A stretch of DNA of 64,000 nt, taken from NCBI GenBank assembly GCA_001662655.1, contig KV460236.1; one strand, written 5' to 3'. Below, in pieces: positions 1-12,200 of the stretch. The notes under the pieces are model-generated. The model searched no databases. It was not told the origin of the DNA and was given only the letters and a program-made list of their open reading frames with translations. Numbering within the stretch: the stretch's first letter is position 1; every line of letters begins with the position of its first letter. Source of the DNA: Pseudogymnoascus verrucosus (lineage: Eukaryota). The position numbers were made by a program, and so were the translations under genes.

Positions 1-17
1 AAAAAAAAGGAAAGGAG

Positions 18-136
18 ACATACAACAGTGGGTATTCGCTGGTGGTCACCCACCCAACTACTAATCCACCGATCTCAAGGTTATGTATGGCAGAGCGGAC
101 GGGATGCCCAGTTCTCTTGAGTCTATGGTCGTATGT
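18..136 (-). rRNA. 5S rRNA gene, copy 1
   Basis: Reverse complement reads ACATACGACCATA...ATCCCGTCCGCTCTGCC...TAGTAGTTGGGTGGGTGACCACCAGCGAATACCCACTGTTGTATGT (119 nt), the Pezizomycotina 5S pattern. Helix II GACTCAAG/CTTGAG(A)TC pairs. Oligo-T Pol III terminator on the minus strand at 1-8; TATA-like element near 159-166. Confidence 0.97.
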
Positions 137-222
137 ATCATTTCGTGGGTTGGGGGGGTATATATAGTGGTTCTGGGTAGTTTGGTATGATAATTCTAAA
201 ATAAGGGCAAAAAAAGGAAGGG

Positions 223-341
223 ACATACAACAGTGGGTATTCGCTGGTGGTCACCCACCCAACTACTAATCCACCGATCTCAAGGTTATGTATGGCAGAG
301 CGGACGGGATGCCCAGTTCTCTTGAGTCTATGGTCGTATGT
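223..341 (-). rRNA. 5S rRNA gene, copy 2
   Basis: Same 119-nt sequence as copy 1, offset by 205 bp. Oligo-T terminator (A-run on +) at 209-215. Confidence 0.97.
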
Positions 342-2767
342 ATCAGTTCGTGGCGTGGGAGGGTATAAGAAGTGGTGTAGATGAGGGATTGGGATGGTTA
401 ATCTTGGATGGGATGGTAGGTGGGCTGGAGATTTTGTGGTGGGGGGGGGAGGGGGGTATAAATGCCATTGGTGAGTGATTAGCTTGCGTAAGTCTAAGAC
501 GAAATATTAGTTGGATTTACTTGAAGCTGTTGTGGCGTGGGTAGAGGTAGGAGGAGGGGGTGGGTTAGCTTAGGATTTCTAAGGCATCGGGATGCAGCAG
601 ACTCATCTCGCACCGCAAGGCAGATTCGTGGTGTAGGGCTGAGGAAGATGCTGTCTGCCTGTGACTCTTTGTGACTAACTAACTGCTGCAGCAGTGGGCG
701 GGGTCTGCATGCAGGAAGCTCGGGGACTGCGGGTTGGGATTTGGATTGAGAGTGGGCTTTGGATTTGAGAGTTCGGATGGAAGGGGTTCCGAGTGGATGG
801 GTTTCTGGGCGGCTAAGTGATGGAGTGGGTAGGTGACAGTTAGGGTAAATAGGAGGAGGCGAGATGTATAGGCAAAGTGGAGTGGAGGGAGCGGTGGAGG
901 GGGAAATGATGTGGATGGCTGGGAAGGGATGAGGATGAAAGTCTATACCGTGGCTACGGACTAAGCAGTGCTGCCAAAGCATGAGAAATAGATGCATCAC
1001 TAATCTAAGCGCTTGGTCATATACTGACACGTGCGCAGCTAACTTACTATGCATCATCCTCCAACTTCCCAAGCAAGCACAGTCAGTTAATAACCCACAT
1101 GCCACACGCTCTGTCATCTATCAACCCCTTCCACAACCCCACCTCCGTGCCTCAATAACCCTCCCCTCCTCGGCCTCCCCGCCCCCTCTCATCACACCAG
1201 ATACGACGATACGGCCGAACCGCTGTATGCGGATTAGATACACAATCAGCGACAGGGATATCTAGACGCGCGCGCGGGCGTGGCCGAGGGCGGCTGGGCG
1301 CGGTTCGTGTTGGGGGGGTGCTGCGCCACACGCTCTGGCCGGGAATGTGGGGTTGTGGGTGGGGCGGGGGAGGTGGGATGTCAGCGAGAGGATTACTGTA
1401 CTGTGGTGCGTGCGGAGTTTTGTGGAGTCTCGGGTTTTGGGGGATTCGGGAATTCGGGATTTTGGCGACTGACTGACTGGGGATTTTGGGGTTCGGTGAT
1501 TGAGGGAAGGGGAATGGCAATGGGTGAGGTGAGGGAAGAGGTGAGGATGGGGAGAGAGAGTTGCTAGATATGTGGTGGCTTGAAGGATCGTGGCGCCAAC
1601 TGTGGTGTACGCACGCCACAATGTGGCTGGTGCACTCACCTCATCATCCATCCTTCTCAAATTGGACACAAGACCTCAAAGAAACGCAGGAAGGAAGGAG
1701 CAGTGAGCAAGAGCGCCACTCGCTCCTTCCATATCACCCTGTGGCGTCCAGACCCCTCCCGCCTGCCACATGCTCCTCCCTTTCCCCAAACGCCGAATCC
1801 AGAACAGGGAATTCACACGATTACTTATCTCACCCCCTCCCTGTCTGCCAACTTAACCTGTGCCCCCGCCGCCGCCGTTGCTGCTGCTACTACCCTACTG
1901 CTGCTCTTTGCTCCGCCTTTCTGCATGGGTCCTGCGCTTACCGCTTACCATATCCCCATCCCTTCCCATGGCTAAGAGGGCTGATTTTAGGTTGTTTCAA
2001 CATCCCGGGCCACAGTGTGGCTCCGCTCTCTCTCTCACTTAGCCCTGGGAAAGGGGGATAGAAGTAGGAAGGAGGTAGATGTGGCTCACCACCCCACCAA
2101 TCCCCGAGTCCTAGTCACCTCAGGCCACGCCGAAATCTCCTCGGCTTCGAGAGCTTCCGCCTCAGCCTCACCATTCTCACCTCATCTGCCCCTCCCCTAT
2201 CCCTCCCCCCGCGCTTGCTGTGTCCAACCACCCCCCTAGTCGTCGTCTGTCCGAGTGCAACTATGGCAGTTTGTGGAACTGCTGCCTCCCCCGTCTCTTG
2301 GCCTAATGATGAACCGCACACGCCCGTGCCGCCGCGCCGTTCGCTCCAGGCCTCGGGGACCAACGTCACGACGTCTAGCGCTCACGCCATGGGGTGGGCT
2401 GAGGCACCCGTCATTAACATGCCATGCCTGTCATCGGTTGTGATTGGGTTTTCGGTGGCAGCTTGAGGGCAGGGCTAGGGTGCATGAACCTTAAATGGTG
2501 GGAAGGGCGCACACGGATGGTCTGAGGATTTCGTCTGTGCCTCCTTAGAGCTGTTGTGTGGAAGGAGCGAGGCAGGTGGTTGATATATTACTGCTCGTGT
2601 CTTCCTTCCTTTCGTTCTTTTACCAGTTTTACTGGATATGACACACGGCTACTTGACACGGCTACTTGGTTACTTGATTAACATTGATACGCACCTGCCT
2701 CCGATCGAACGACTTTCGTAGATCTGGGAAGGTGCGAAGGTGAAGAGGCACACTTCGGTGCGCCAGT

Positions 2768-4434
2768 ATGAGTGCTTCCTCCAGCGGCTTGACGTTACGT
2801 CCAGGCAATAACGTCCGGGTCAAGTCGGAGTCTGACATTGATCCGGAGGCTTACTTTGATCCGGAGACGAACGTGGATGGATTCATGGAGGACACTCCGG
2901 AGGCCAGCGTGGGGGAGGATACGAGGTCGGACGTCGAAGAGACCGAAGAGGAGAAGAAGCTACGCAAGAAGAGAGAGGTATGATCTGTCCTTCTGTTGTG
3001 GTACGATCATAATACTCACTCAGTCTTTCTAGTATAACCGCGTCGCCCAGCGAGAATTCCGTAAGACTATCTCCCCCTCCCAAACAAATATATTGACTGC
3101 ACAGTAGCTAACACCGTCCAGGCCGACGCCGCAAAGATAGAATGACCAAGCTTGAGCAAACCCAGAGCGTCACGGTTACTGAGCAGAACAATGAAATCTT
3201 TCATCTTCGCAGGCAGAACCAAGATCTGCGGGCACAGAACGAGATGCTCAGGGCACAGGTCTTCGCCTCCGGCTCCGGCTGGCACCCCAACGAAGGCATG
3301 GCCGGTCCACCTACCGTTCCGTCGTCGTTGTCGTCGTCGCGCCGCCACAAGGCGTCCATTGACTCCTCTGCCTCGAGTATCTTGGAGTCAATGACCTCCG
3401 ATGGCTCAATGATGGAGGTGCTTGGGACGCCTAACATTCTGCCTGCGAACCAGCTCGCCATGACCTCGTCGATGCTGCCAAGCGCCATGAATGCATTTGC
3501 TGGCACCATGCCGTCGTCGGGCAACATGCAAGGCATGCAGTACCCCACTGGGTATCCGGCCGGTTCGAGAGCTGGCCCTCAGGACAACTCGGGCGCCTAC
3601 GACTTTAGCTCGGTAGCAGCGGGGACATCGACATTCCAGACCATGGGCAGCATGCCCTATACTATCTCGTCTCAATCTCAAGTTAGAACGCAGCTATCTC
3701 ATCCGAACCAGCAACCGTCCTCGAGCCGATCTATGGCCGATCAGTCAAAGTAAGTCTCCCATCTTCGCGTCTCTAGCTCTCACTAACACCACACCAGCCC
3801 CATCGCCATGATGGCCGCCAACCGCATCAAGATCAGCGCTGCGATCAACAACCTCTTCTCGCTACTTATCCAAGAGGCCCCATCCTTTCCCCCTCCCGCC
3901 TCCAACCAGCCCTGCCCGCGCCACCTCCAAATCCTCTCCGCCATCAGCGCCTCCCTCCCCGCCCCCTTCCGCCCAACCCCCACGCAGCTCACAACCGCGC
4001 ACTACTACGGCGTGGACATGATCCCCTCGCCCACGCTGCGCGACCGCCTCTGCCGCGTCGGTCCCGACGTCTCCGCCGCCTTCCTGCACGACTTCGACTT
4101 CCTCGTCCTGGTGCCCAACGCGGACATCCAGCACCGTCTGATCATCTGGGGCGAGGAGCCGTTCAACGAGTTCAGCTGGGAGTTCTCGCGCGAGATAATC
4201 GCGCGCTGGGGGTGGCTCGTCGGGCAGCCGTGGGCCGAGCGCGCGAACTTCTGGCGCACGCAGCGGGGGCTGGCGCCGCTGCCGATGCCGGTTGAGGCGC
4301 CTGAGGGCAATCTGTGGGGGATGTCGCAGCAGTTGCGCCTTGGGGCGCTTGGTGGGGAGTCGATGGTTGGGAGTGCGGTTGTTGGGATGGCGGGGTTGGG
4401 ATTGCATCCTCATAACCAACACCATATGCAGTAG
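2768..4434 (+). CDS. bZIP transcription factor with C-terminal DUF3425-like domain (exons 2768-2977, 3033-3060, 3122-3749, 3798-4434)
   Basis: Splicing three GT-AG introns rebuilds the basic region KKLRKKRE-YNRVAQREFR-RRRKDRMTKLEQ followed by a leucine heptad. The last exon has VDMIPSPTLRDRL...IWGEEPFNEFSWEFS...RWGWL...NFWRTQRG, the DUF3425 pattern. Confidence 0.9.
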
Positions 4435-5120
4435 GCGTTGCAGCTTGCGCATCTGTCCTTCCCATTATTGGTAGAGTGGACGATGAGTTTGTTTGCGAGA
4501 TGTGCACTTTTTTGAGTTTTGGTGGCCTATGGCGTAATGGATGGTGGAATGGAGTAATGGTTGGTGGGGATACAAAAGGTGTTTAATGGGGGAGGCGGTG
4601 TTTTTGGGGTGTTTTAATGGGGGCGTTTCGGGGGCTTGCTGAATCTTTATGATGATGAGGCATGAAACGAAACGACATTTTGGGGATATGGATAATGAGG
4701 CGGGCACTCTCGGTTGGCGTTATTATATCACCACTCATTGGGATGGAGTTTGGAAGGGAAGGAGCCTGGCTGGATCTGAGGCTGGGGTATATATTTCATT
4801 CTTTTTGGCTGACTGAGTTGGTGGTTGGAGGACAAAGGTTTGATCATCTTGAGCTGTGCTCGATTAGAGATGTTTGGATTTTCTTTCTGTGCTATTCTGT
4901 ACTTTTATGGCATGGTGTAGTATGGGAAGAGGATTTTAGGTAGTTTTTAGATTCCCTCCATACGGTAGACGTTTCTCGGTGGAGGGGGGAAGGGGATAAT
5001 ATATATCATTCACTGACTGTGTTTCGTTTTTTGGGCGTGAATTGTGACGCTGTGATGCTGTGTGTGAAATTGTATAAATGCGATCTCCCACATCCCCACC
5101 AATAACACAACTGATTGCAT

Positions 5121-5208
5121 AATCAGCCAGTAGGAATAAAGAAGGGTCTCTCTCACACTCATTACAGTAAATCAGCCCTTAGGAATAAAGAAGGGTCCCC
5201 TCTCACAC
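5121..5208. repeat. Imperfect direct repeat, 2 x ~38 bp (AATCAGCC..TAGGAATAAAGAAGGGTC..CTCTCACAC)
   Basis: Copies begin at 5121 and 5170. Confidence 0.85.
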
Positions 5209-7576
5209 ATCCTCCTCCCTAGTCCCCTATCCCAACCTTCCACACCCCTCGACCTGTTTCCATCCCCAACCCCTTCCTCGCCATAACCTCGTCACCACCA
5301 CACCTCAGGGACCTCCCTCCCCCCACCGATGAACGCATAATTTTTGAGATCTGACATGTCATGACGCTCACCCTCGACTAGTGTCCCGAGCCGATCTGGT
5401 TGTTGACACAAATGCTTAGCTATGCGCTAGTGTGGTGGTGGGGGAGACCCGGGTTTGTGAAGGGCTGGAACGAGGATGTATGATGGTGGGTCGTCCGGGG
5501 GGGGGGACTGGAGGCTTCGTTTGTGATTATGGTGGGGGGTTAGGTGGAAGGTGATGGAGGGGGGGAGATCGGGATCTGCTGGCTGAGAGATGGCGTGCGA
5601 GGCTTTGAGATGAGGCGTTCTCGGGGTCGATCGGGCGGAGATGGATCGATTTCGTCGTAACGAAGAGCATTCTAGGCCGACTCTAGGCTGAAGTCACGAA
5701 TCCCTCGAACCTTTTGAAGTACATACACACCGTAGGAAGGCCGGTGGATGCACGGCGCAGGATTGCACCGCTTTTAGGTAGGTGGGTGTTAGGTGGTGGA
5801 GTCTGGTGAAGGAATCGCATCCTTCTCGGTTATTGGGGGTGGGTACTGCGGGATCGATTACGCGGCGCGGTAGATGAGGGAGATGAGGTCGAAGACGGGT
5901 TAGTAATAGATTTGGTGATGGGGGTTGTATGGGCTGGAAATACGAGGTGAGCTAGGTTTGGAGGGGTGAAGTCGGACTATAGGGGATGGTCGGGGCTTTC
6001 CTGAGGCTAGAAATGCACGCCGCTCGGCATCATGTCGGGGGGGTTTTTCTTACCACACTGCGGCTTCTCTATCATATCGTTATGTTTGCGCGGTGGTTGT
6101 TGAGGAATGCTATCTTGGGGAGCATCATTCTTGAGCTGCGCGCTTCATATGGGAGGGAACGTCAAAGGCAAAGCCGCCCGGGTTGATGGCAGAAATGGCG
6201 ATTTGGATATTAATAGGGTTGATAGGGGCCCTTTCTTGTGGTCGTAGTCAGATAATATATAAATACTGTCAGTTATGAAGTTATCGTCACCGAATTGTAA
6301 CCCGTCACCGACACCACCACTCTTGCTATCATCACTGCACTTACCGCCACCACCACCCTCGCCGCCGCCCCTTTTCCGTCACCACCTACCACCCCACCAC
6401 ACTGCCAAAAGTCCAAGCCAGGAATCGAGCACACTGGTGCCCAAAGGCTGATGTGACGGGTGGCACAAGAGCAACCCCGTGTCTTTTATAGCAACAAACA
6501 CTCTTCCGGTGCTATGGTTTGGATTGAGTTCGGGCGGAGGGGGGCGGGTGTAATATAGGGGTTGGATTTGGTGGGTGGGGGTTAACTTAGAATTTGACGG
6601 GGTTATTGGATTGGGTGGTTTGAAGATGTTGAAGTGGTGTTCTTGTGAGATGTGTGAGAACTGAGCTTTCCGACGAAGATGTGGCTCACACAGCGTAACT
6701 GAGAGTAACAGGTGCAAGACGTAGACAGTAGAAAGTCTTAGACTGAGAGTGAACGATTGGGTTTGAGAGATAGTAGGTGTAGACTATAAGAGATGTTGCT
6801 ATAACACCCTTCGTTGCTCATTTCAACCACCACAAATGCACGTAATTGTAGACTAAGGTCTAACAGATGATTCGTGGTCTGATACTGCTGCTATGTGAGA
6901 GTTGGGGGTGAGCTTGGCGTGTGAAGTGCTGACAACGACAACGGTCGTTGGCCATAACGGGGAAACCGAGGATAATTTGTTGTCATGTGCAATAGCAATT
7001 TACAAGTATGTCAGCTTACCAGGCGGTGTTGAGAAAAACTCAAGGGGAGGGGAAAGTGATCCAAGCAAGCGATTTGATCGTGTTTCTCGGGGAGTCTGGT
7101 TATTGTTGAGGAGGTCACAATGTGCACATATCACGACTTCATACTGTGTGAGAGAAGGTAAATCGTATAATGTAGCCATCAGTCTTTCTAATTCATCCCC
7201 TCATAAATCTAAACACACCCTTACCCACCCCTCCCTCAAGGAGCAATATACCACCCAAAAAAGCACGCGCGAAACAACACAAACAGCAGACAGAGTAGGA
7301 CAGAATATTCCATAAATAAAATAAAACAAAGCAGGCAATTTTGGCGCCGAAACACCGAGCGGGTATTCCATCCCTATCCCAACAGTTTGTTTGTTGCCCA
7401 AAATGCTCCCAGTACCAGCCGCTGCATAACCCACGCTCGTTTCCATCTACCAAACACCGCTCCGGAGGTCAATAAAAAATCCCATGCACCGAGTTCCCAT
7501 TCCAGTCCGTCATAAAAGTGCGTTACACCCACCAGCCAGCCAGCAAGTCCGCTCGAACATCTCAGCAGAGAAAGTC

Positions 7577-8449
7577 TCACATCAACGGCTCCGGCGACCA
7601 GCTCCCCCTCCCCGTCTCAAACAAGGCGTAGTTCTCCTCCTCGCCCACAACCTCAAACTCAAACCCTTCTCCAAGCGGCGGCGTCTGAATGTAGTCGTCA
7701 GTCTCAAGCGCCGAGCCGCAGATCAGGCAGACGCGGACTCACAAGCGGGTCGTCATAAGCGTGCTGGATATCCAGTCCCGCCATAGCAGCATAGCTCATC
7801 CCGAAGGCGTTCAGCTCCTCGTCATTCCGCTTCGGCTCGTATGCCGGGCGCGGCGGTGCGGCATACTCATAGCCTCCCGTGGTCGAGTAGGGGGTGCGAG
7901 CGTAGGAGGGGTAGAAGGAGGTTTCTTCCGGGGCGGGGTAGGGGGCGTAGCTGAAGAGGGGGGGAGTGTGGGAGGCGGCGCGGTCGAGGGGGAAGAGGTC
8001 GTCGGCCGGTTGCAACGGGGGGGTGTATTGGTGCGGGCTTTGGTATGTGGCGCGCGGTGAGAGCTTGGTGGGGCGGTTCCGCGAGGAGGAGGGTGTCTTG
8101 TGCATGTTTGTGGTGGTGGGTTTTGAGGGCTTGAGCTCGGCGTGTGATTGTGGGGGGGAGGCGGAGGAGGAACCGGCGCGGCGTTCGAGGTCTTCGAGGC
8201 GGCGCTTGAGCTTTTTGCCTAGGGGTGGGTGTTAGGAGGCTGGGAGTGAAAGGGGTGGATGGGGGGGGACGAACGGTAGTTGCGTTGGGCGATGCGGTTC
8301 TGGATGCGGCGACGCTCGGCCAGGTCGGAGATCTGGGTCCAGTCTTCGTCGGGGTTTGCGGAGGGAGAGAAGGCACTGCTAGTGCCGTGGTTGGCAGGCA
8401 GGCGGTGTGGTGCTGCGGGAGCTTGGTGGTATGAGTATTGTTGAGACAT
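7577..8449 (-). CDS. bZIP transcription factor (exons 8449-8275, 8218-7743, 7684-7577)
   Basis: EDWTQISDLAERRRIQNRIAQRNYR|KKLKRRLEDLERRAG is restored across a GTTCGT..CTAAC..TAG intron. A second intron GTGAGT..CTGAC..CAG leads to TPPLG...EPLM-stop. This is a conserved fungal bZIP signature; the last exon is less certain. Confidence 0.9.
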
Positions 8450-9167
8450 GGTGAAGATATTAGATGGCGAGGGTTAGGAGGAGAAGAGTGAGAGGAAAGC
8501 AAGTTCAGGATGAGAATGCGAGCAATATATCACAATGTGGTGATGTACACAGCAACGTATGATAGCGTCGTCTGAAGGATGGAGAGAGAGATATGGAGAC
8601 GGGAATGAAGTGATAAGGCAAGCTTTTTGAGAGGCAGCCTTGGGGTGGAAGGATGCCGAATATATATATTCCTTCGTTTGTAGGTATATGCAATGCAGCC
8701 TACTTCCAGTACACAGTACCCATACCAACCCAAACGTATTTATATATATACAACTTGTAAGGCTGTGAAGTGAGTGGGCCATTGGCTGTTAGGAGTGACT
8801 GGGGGGTTAGGGAAGGGGGGTGGGGGATGTTGCATGGGAGACCCATGCAGTGGTTTACCATGGCGGTTTTAGCAAGTGTGTGTGCGCAAGATGCATGGTG
8901 TCTTGGTGTCTCTTTTCATACCCACCAGGTAAATCCGCAGTCGTACTCTGAAGTACTCGGAGTACCTTGACATACATACTTTCCCGGGCTTGAAGAATAG
9001 GTACGGATTTGGACGTTAGTGGAGACGAGAGCGGCATGGGAGGTGGCATAGTGGGAGAATAGTGGGAGAGTGGCAGGATGGCTGAGAGTGGGTGTGGAAC
9101 GGCGAGCTTCTTCTGGCCTGTTTTTACTGTTTTAGAGACACGCCATTGGGGATATTGAATAGCCGGA

Positions 9168-9222
9168 TGGATAGCTGGTGGAGAGCTGGTGGAGAGCTGG
9201 TGGAGAGCTGGTGGAGAGCTGG
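9168..9222. repeat. Minisatellite (TGGAGAGCTGG) x5, followed by a (GACGTT)n run near 9249-9278
   Basis: 11-bp unit read directly; the first copy has one mismatch. Confidence 0.9.
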
Positions 9223-12200
9223 GTAAACAGTGATCAGCCATCCGTGGGGACGTTGACGTTGACGTTGCCGTTGACGTTCCCTTCCCCATTGTAGCACGGG
9301 ACACGGTCGGCGTTGCGAGTATCCCCGACGGGGACTGGCCTGTACAAACAGAAAGGATACTACATCCAGTAGTAGAGTGAACTGCGCACAGAGGAGGCGG
9401 ATGACCGGAGTGGCGGAGGTAACAAAATGAATAGAATAGAATAGGATTTCCTAGTGGGGATCTGATCTAGGTACTAGGGATAGAAAGAGCGAGGGTTGGT
9501 GCTGCGAGAAGGAAGGAAGGGAAGCTTGTTAGGTTAGAATGCATGGTAGAATGGCCGGTAGGATGGCTGCTAGGAATAGGTAGGAAGGGAAGAGACAAAG
9601 ACACTGCTGCACCAGCAACAGAACCCGTACAGCACAGCACAGTCACTACAGCACTTCACCGGCCAGCGCGTCTCACACCGCAACCCATAGTAGAGCAGGC
9701 ACACACCCAGGCACACAGGCTCGCTCCGCCATTTGGGCTATGGGAAAGGGCCTCTACAAGGGTCATCTACTGCCAAACTCTGGAGGGATGGGCAAGCCAA
9801 AGGGCGGAGATTCGGTGTCAAACAAGGTGCAGTACAGTGGAGTACAGGCGCTATACTATAGGCATGTATCATACAGCACGCACCTGTACACACGATGCAT
9901 ATCGGACCTGCTAAACTGCACACCAGTCAAGGCAGCAGTATCACTGTGACTCTTCTGTTATGTATGAATGTGGGGTTACACATCCATCTGCAATCTTCGG
10001 TTTATCCTGCTTCTTGTCTCTTGTTACTTCGGTCTTAGCTGTGGCTTCTTGATTCAGTAATCAAGATCAGATCACCTCCTTGTTCGATATACGTACGACC
10101 GAACCCCCCCCCCGGTCCAGAAATCCTCTCATTCACACTCACTACTCACTCACTAAAGAAGTATAGGTACCAAACACCTCCCAAAATACTCTCCAGTACA
10201 TCTCCTCCCACGTGTGCCCGTCGCCCGTCGCCGGCGGACCTCCGCTTGAAATAGCCCTCTCTACGCGCTAAGTCCCCTCCACTGCCCGCGGCACAGCTTT
10301 AGCCACGATCCCCCTGCCAAACCGTCTTCCTACTCCCAAGTAGAGTAAGTACATTGGTAAAGCTACCCTGATCCCTCACCAGCCACGCCCGCTGGGAGGG
10401 CGTGTGCGCAACCGAGCCGCTGACGAAGACATGACCAAGGGAAATAGACACGGCAATAGCCATCTACAGCCGCGAACGCTGTGCGTAGCGCCGTATCAAA
10501 CTCGTCTGGGAATAAAAAGTTGTTGGGAAATGGGCGGATACTAGAAGTCCCTTAACTACTAACCCCGTCCACACAACCCTGGCTCCCACGCGGTGTTATA
10601 GGTGGTGCCGGGTTTAACGCGCAATCTGCGAGGGCTTTGGTAAACGCACTGATGATGGGGGAGAGGGAAGAGGGAGGAAGTGAAGAGTCACCTGGGGATT
10701 TTTTCTTTAGTCATTCATGATCGTCGCCGCGAATCCCTCCTAACGTGTCTCCTCTCCGGCACTTTCGCTCATCTCTCTCCACTTGGTCAGTTCAGCTTGT
10801 ACGTACAGAATCTCCAGCCCTACTGTATACGGACGTATGGTACTGGCAGTGTGTTGGCAGAAGGAAAGAGCCGGCATCGTGTTCTTGACAAATGGCAGAG
10901 CACGCAACCACCTCAGCTGCGGTTTCCATCCCGCCCTGAGAGCGTGGGGTTCGCGCCTACCACTGGTTAGCACGCGTAGATAAGGAGTTGATGTGGGCGA
11001 TTCGGGCGATTCGGAGTGCTGCGCAAGCACCGACGATCGTAGTCGCCAGCGATGGGGACCTAGTGATTGGCCATCCACGTGTCGGACATTTATGCACGGA
11101 GATACGGAGTCCCGGTACGGAAAATCAGGAAGGAAGAGAGTGGAGGAGACAGGTATTTCAAATTCAAATACCTGGTTGAAAATAAATGCCTGCTAGGAGT
11201 ATAGTACAGTACATTAGCTATAGTGACTTTACTGATTGTGGAGTTAGTTCATCCAGACTGCCGTTTGGCGCTCAGACTAAAAGGCTTGAAAAGGATAATA
11301 AGGCAATTTACGACGCTGGTTCGTACTCGCAATGGTGCCGAAACATTTTACCGTTCAGGGCCTGGGCTGTGAATATCAGTACTCTAGGGATTCTAGCGTA
11401 GGGACCCGTCCCTGGACGGCCACCACTATGGGCCAAAACTCCCAGCATCATTTGCAACCCAACCTCTGACCCGCAGTAGAGGGAGGGCGCTCGCCATAGG
11501 CCGGTGTGGCTAGTACGAAGTACGAAGGCAGGAGGATCTATGGGATGAAAATACGCAATCTCGCAACGACGAGCGATGAGTGGCCAGCACCGCCCAGCCC
11601 TACGAGCTCCTCCCCATGTTTGGTCCTGAGGAAATTGGACGGTCGAGCCCTGCGCTGGGATTTTTACGTCAAAGTCAATGGGTTGACGCAGGGGCGCTGT
11701 CGCCTGGCCATGTGTCGTGGTGGTGGGGGAGGGAGATTTCGAGCACCCGTCCGTGAGTTCTTCATGTCGTCGTCAGTCGTCGGTCGTCGGCCGCTCGTAC
11801 AGTATGGAGGACCTACGATTACGGGCTTTGGTTGGGGATATTGGGATATTGGTCGCCGATTGCTTTCTGCTCTGATGGTGTTCTGTGTCACCACCTCTCG
11901 TATTGTATTGTATAGCACTATACATACAGTACCGTGCCTACCCACGATGATAGAGAGATCATCACCATCGGCTATCCCGGGTACGAAGTCCCTCAGTCTC
12001 TCTATCTCCTGCCACAAGAGGCAATCGAGGACGCGGCGTGTTGCGAGGCAGAACCGTGGATGCATACGTACGGGAAGGATGCAGGCGCATAACCGCGTCT
12101 TTTTCGTCCCAATTACTGTGATAGAGTTATGACGTGGATGCACAACATCAGCCACAGCGAGCGAGGGTATCTTCGTCGTCGCAAGTTTCGCTCGATAGAG

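Noticed and set aside
494..2466. Several 100-200 aa ORFs upstream of the first bZIP gene
   Set aside because: Low-complexity Pro/Ser- or Gly-rich translations of C/G-skewed DNA, with no motifs or coherent splice structure.
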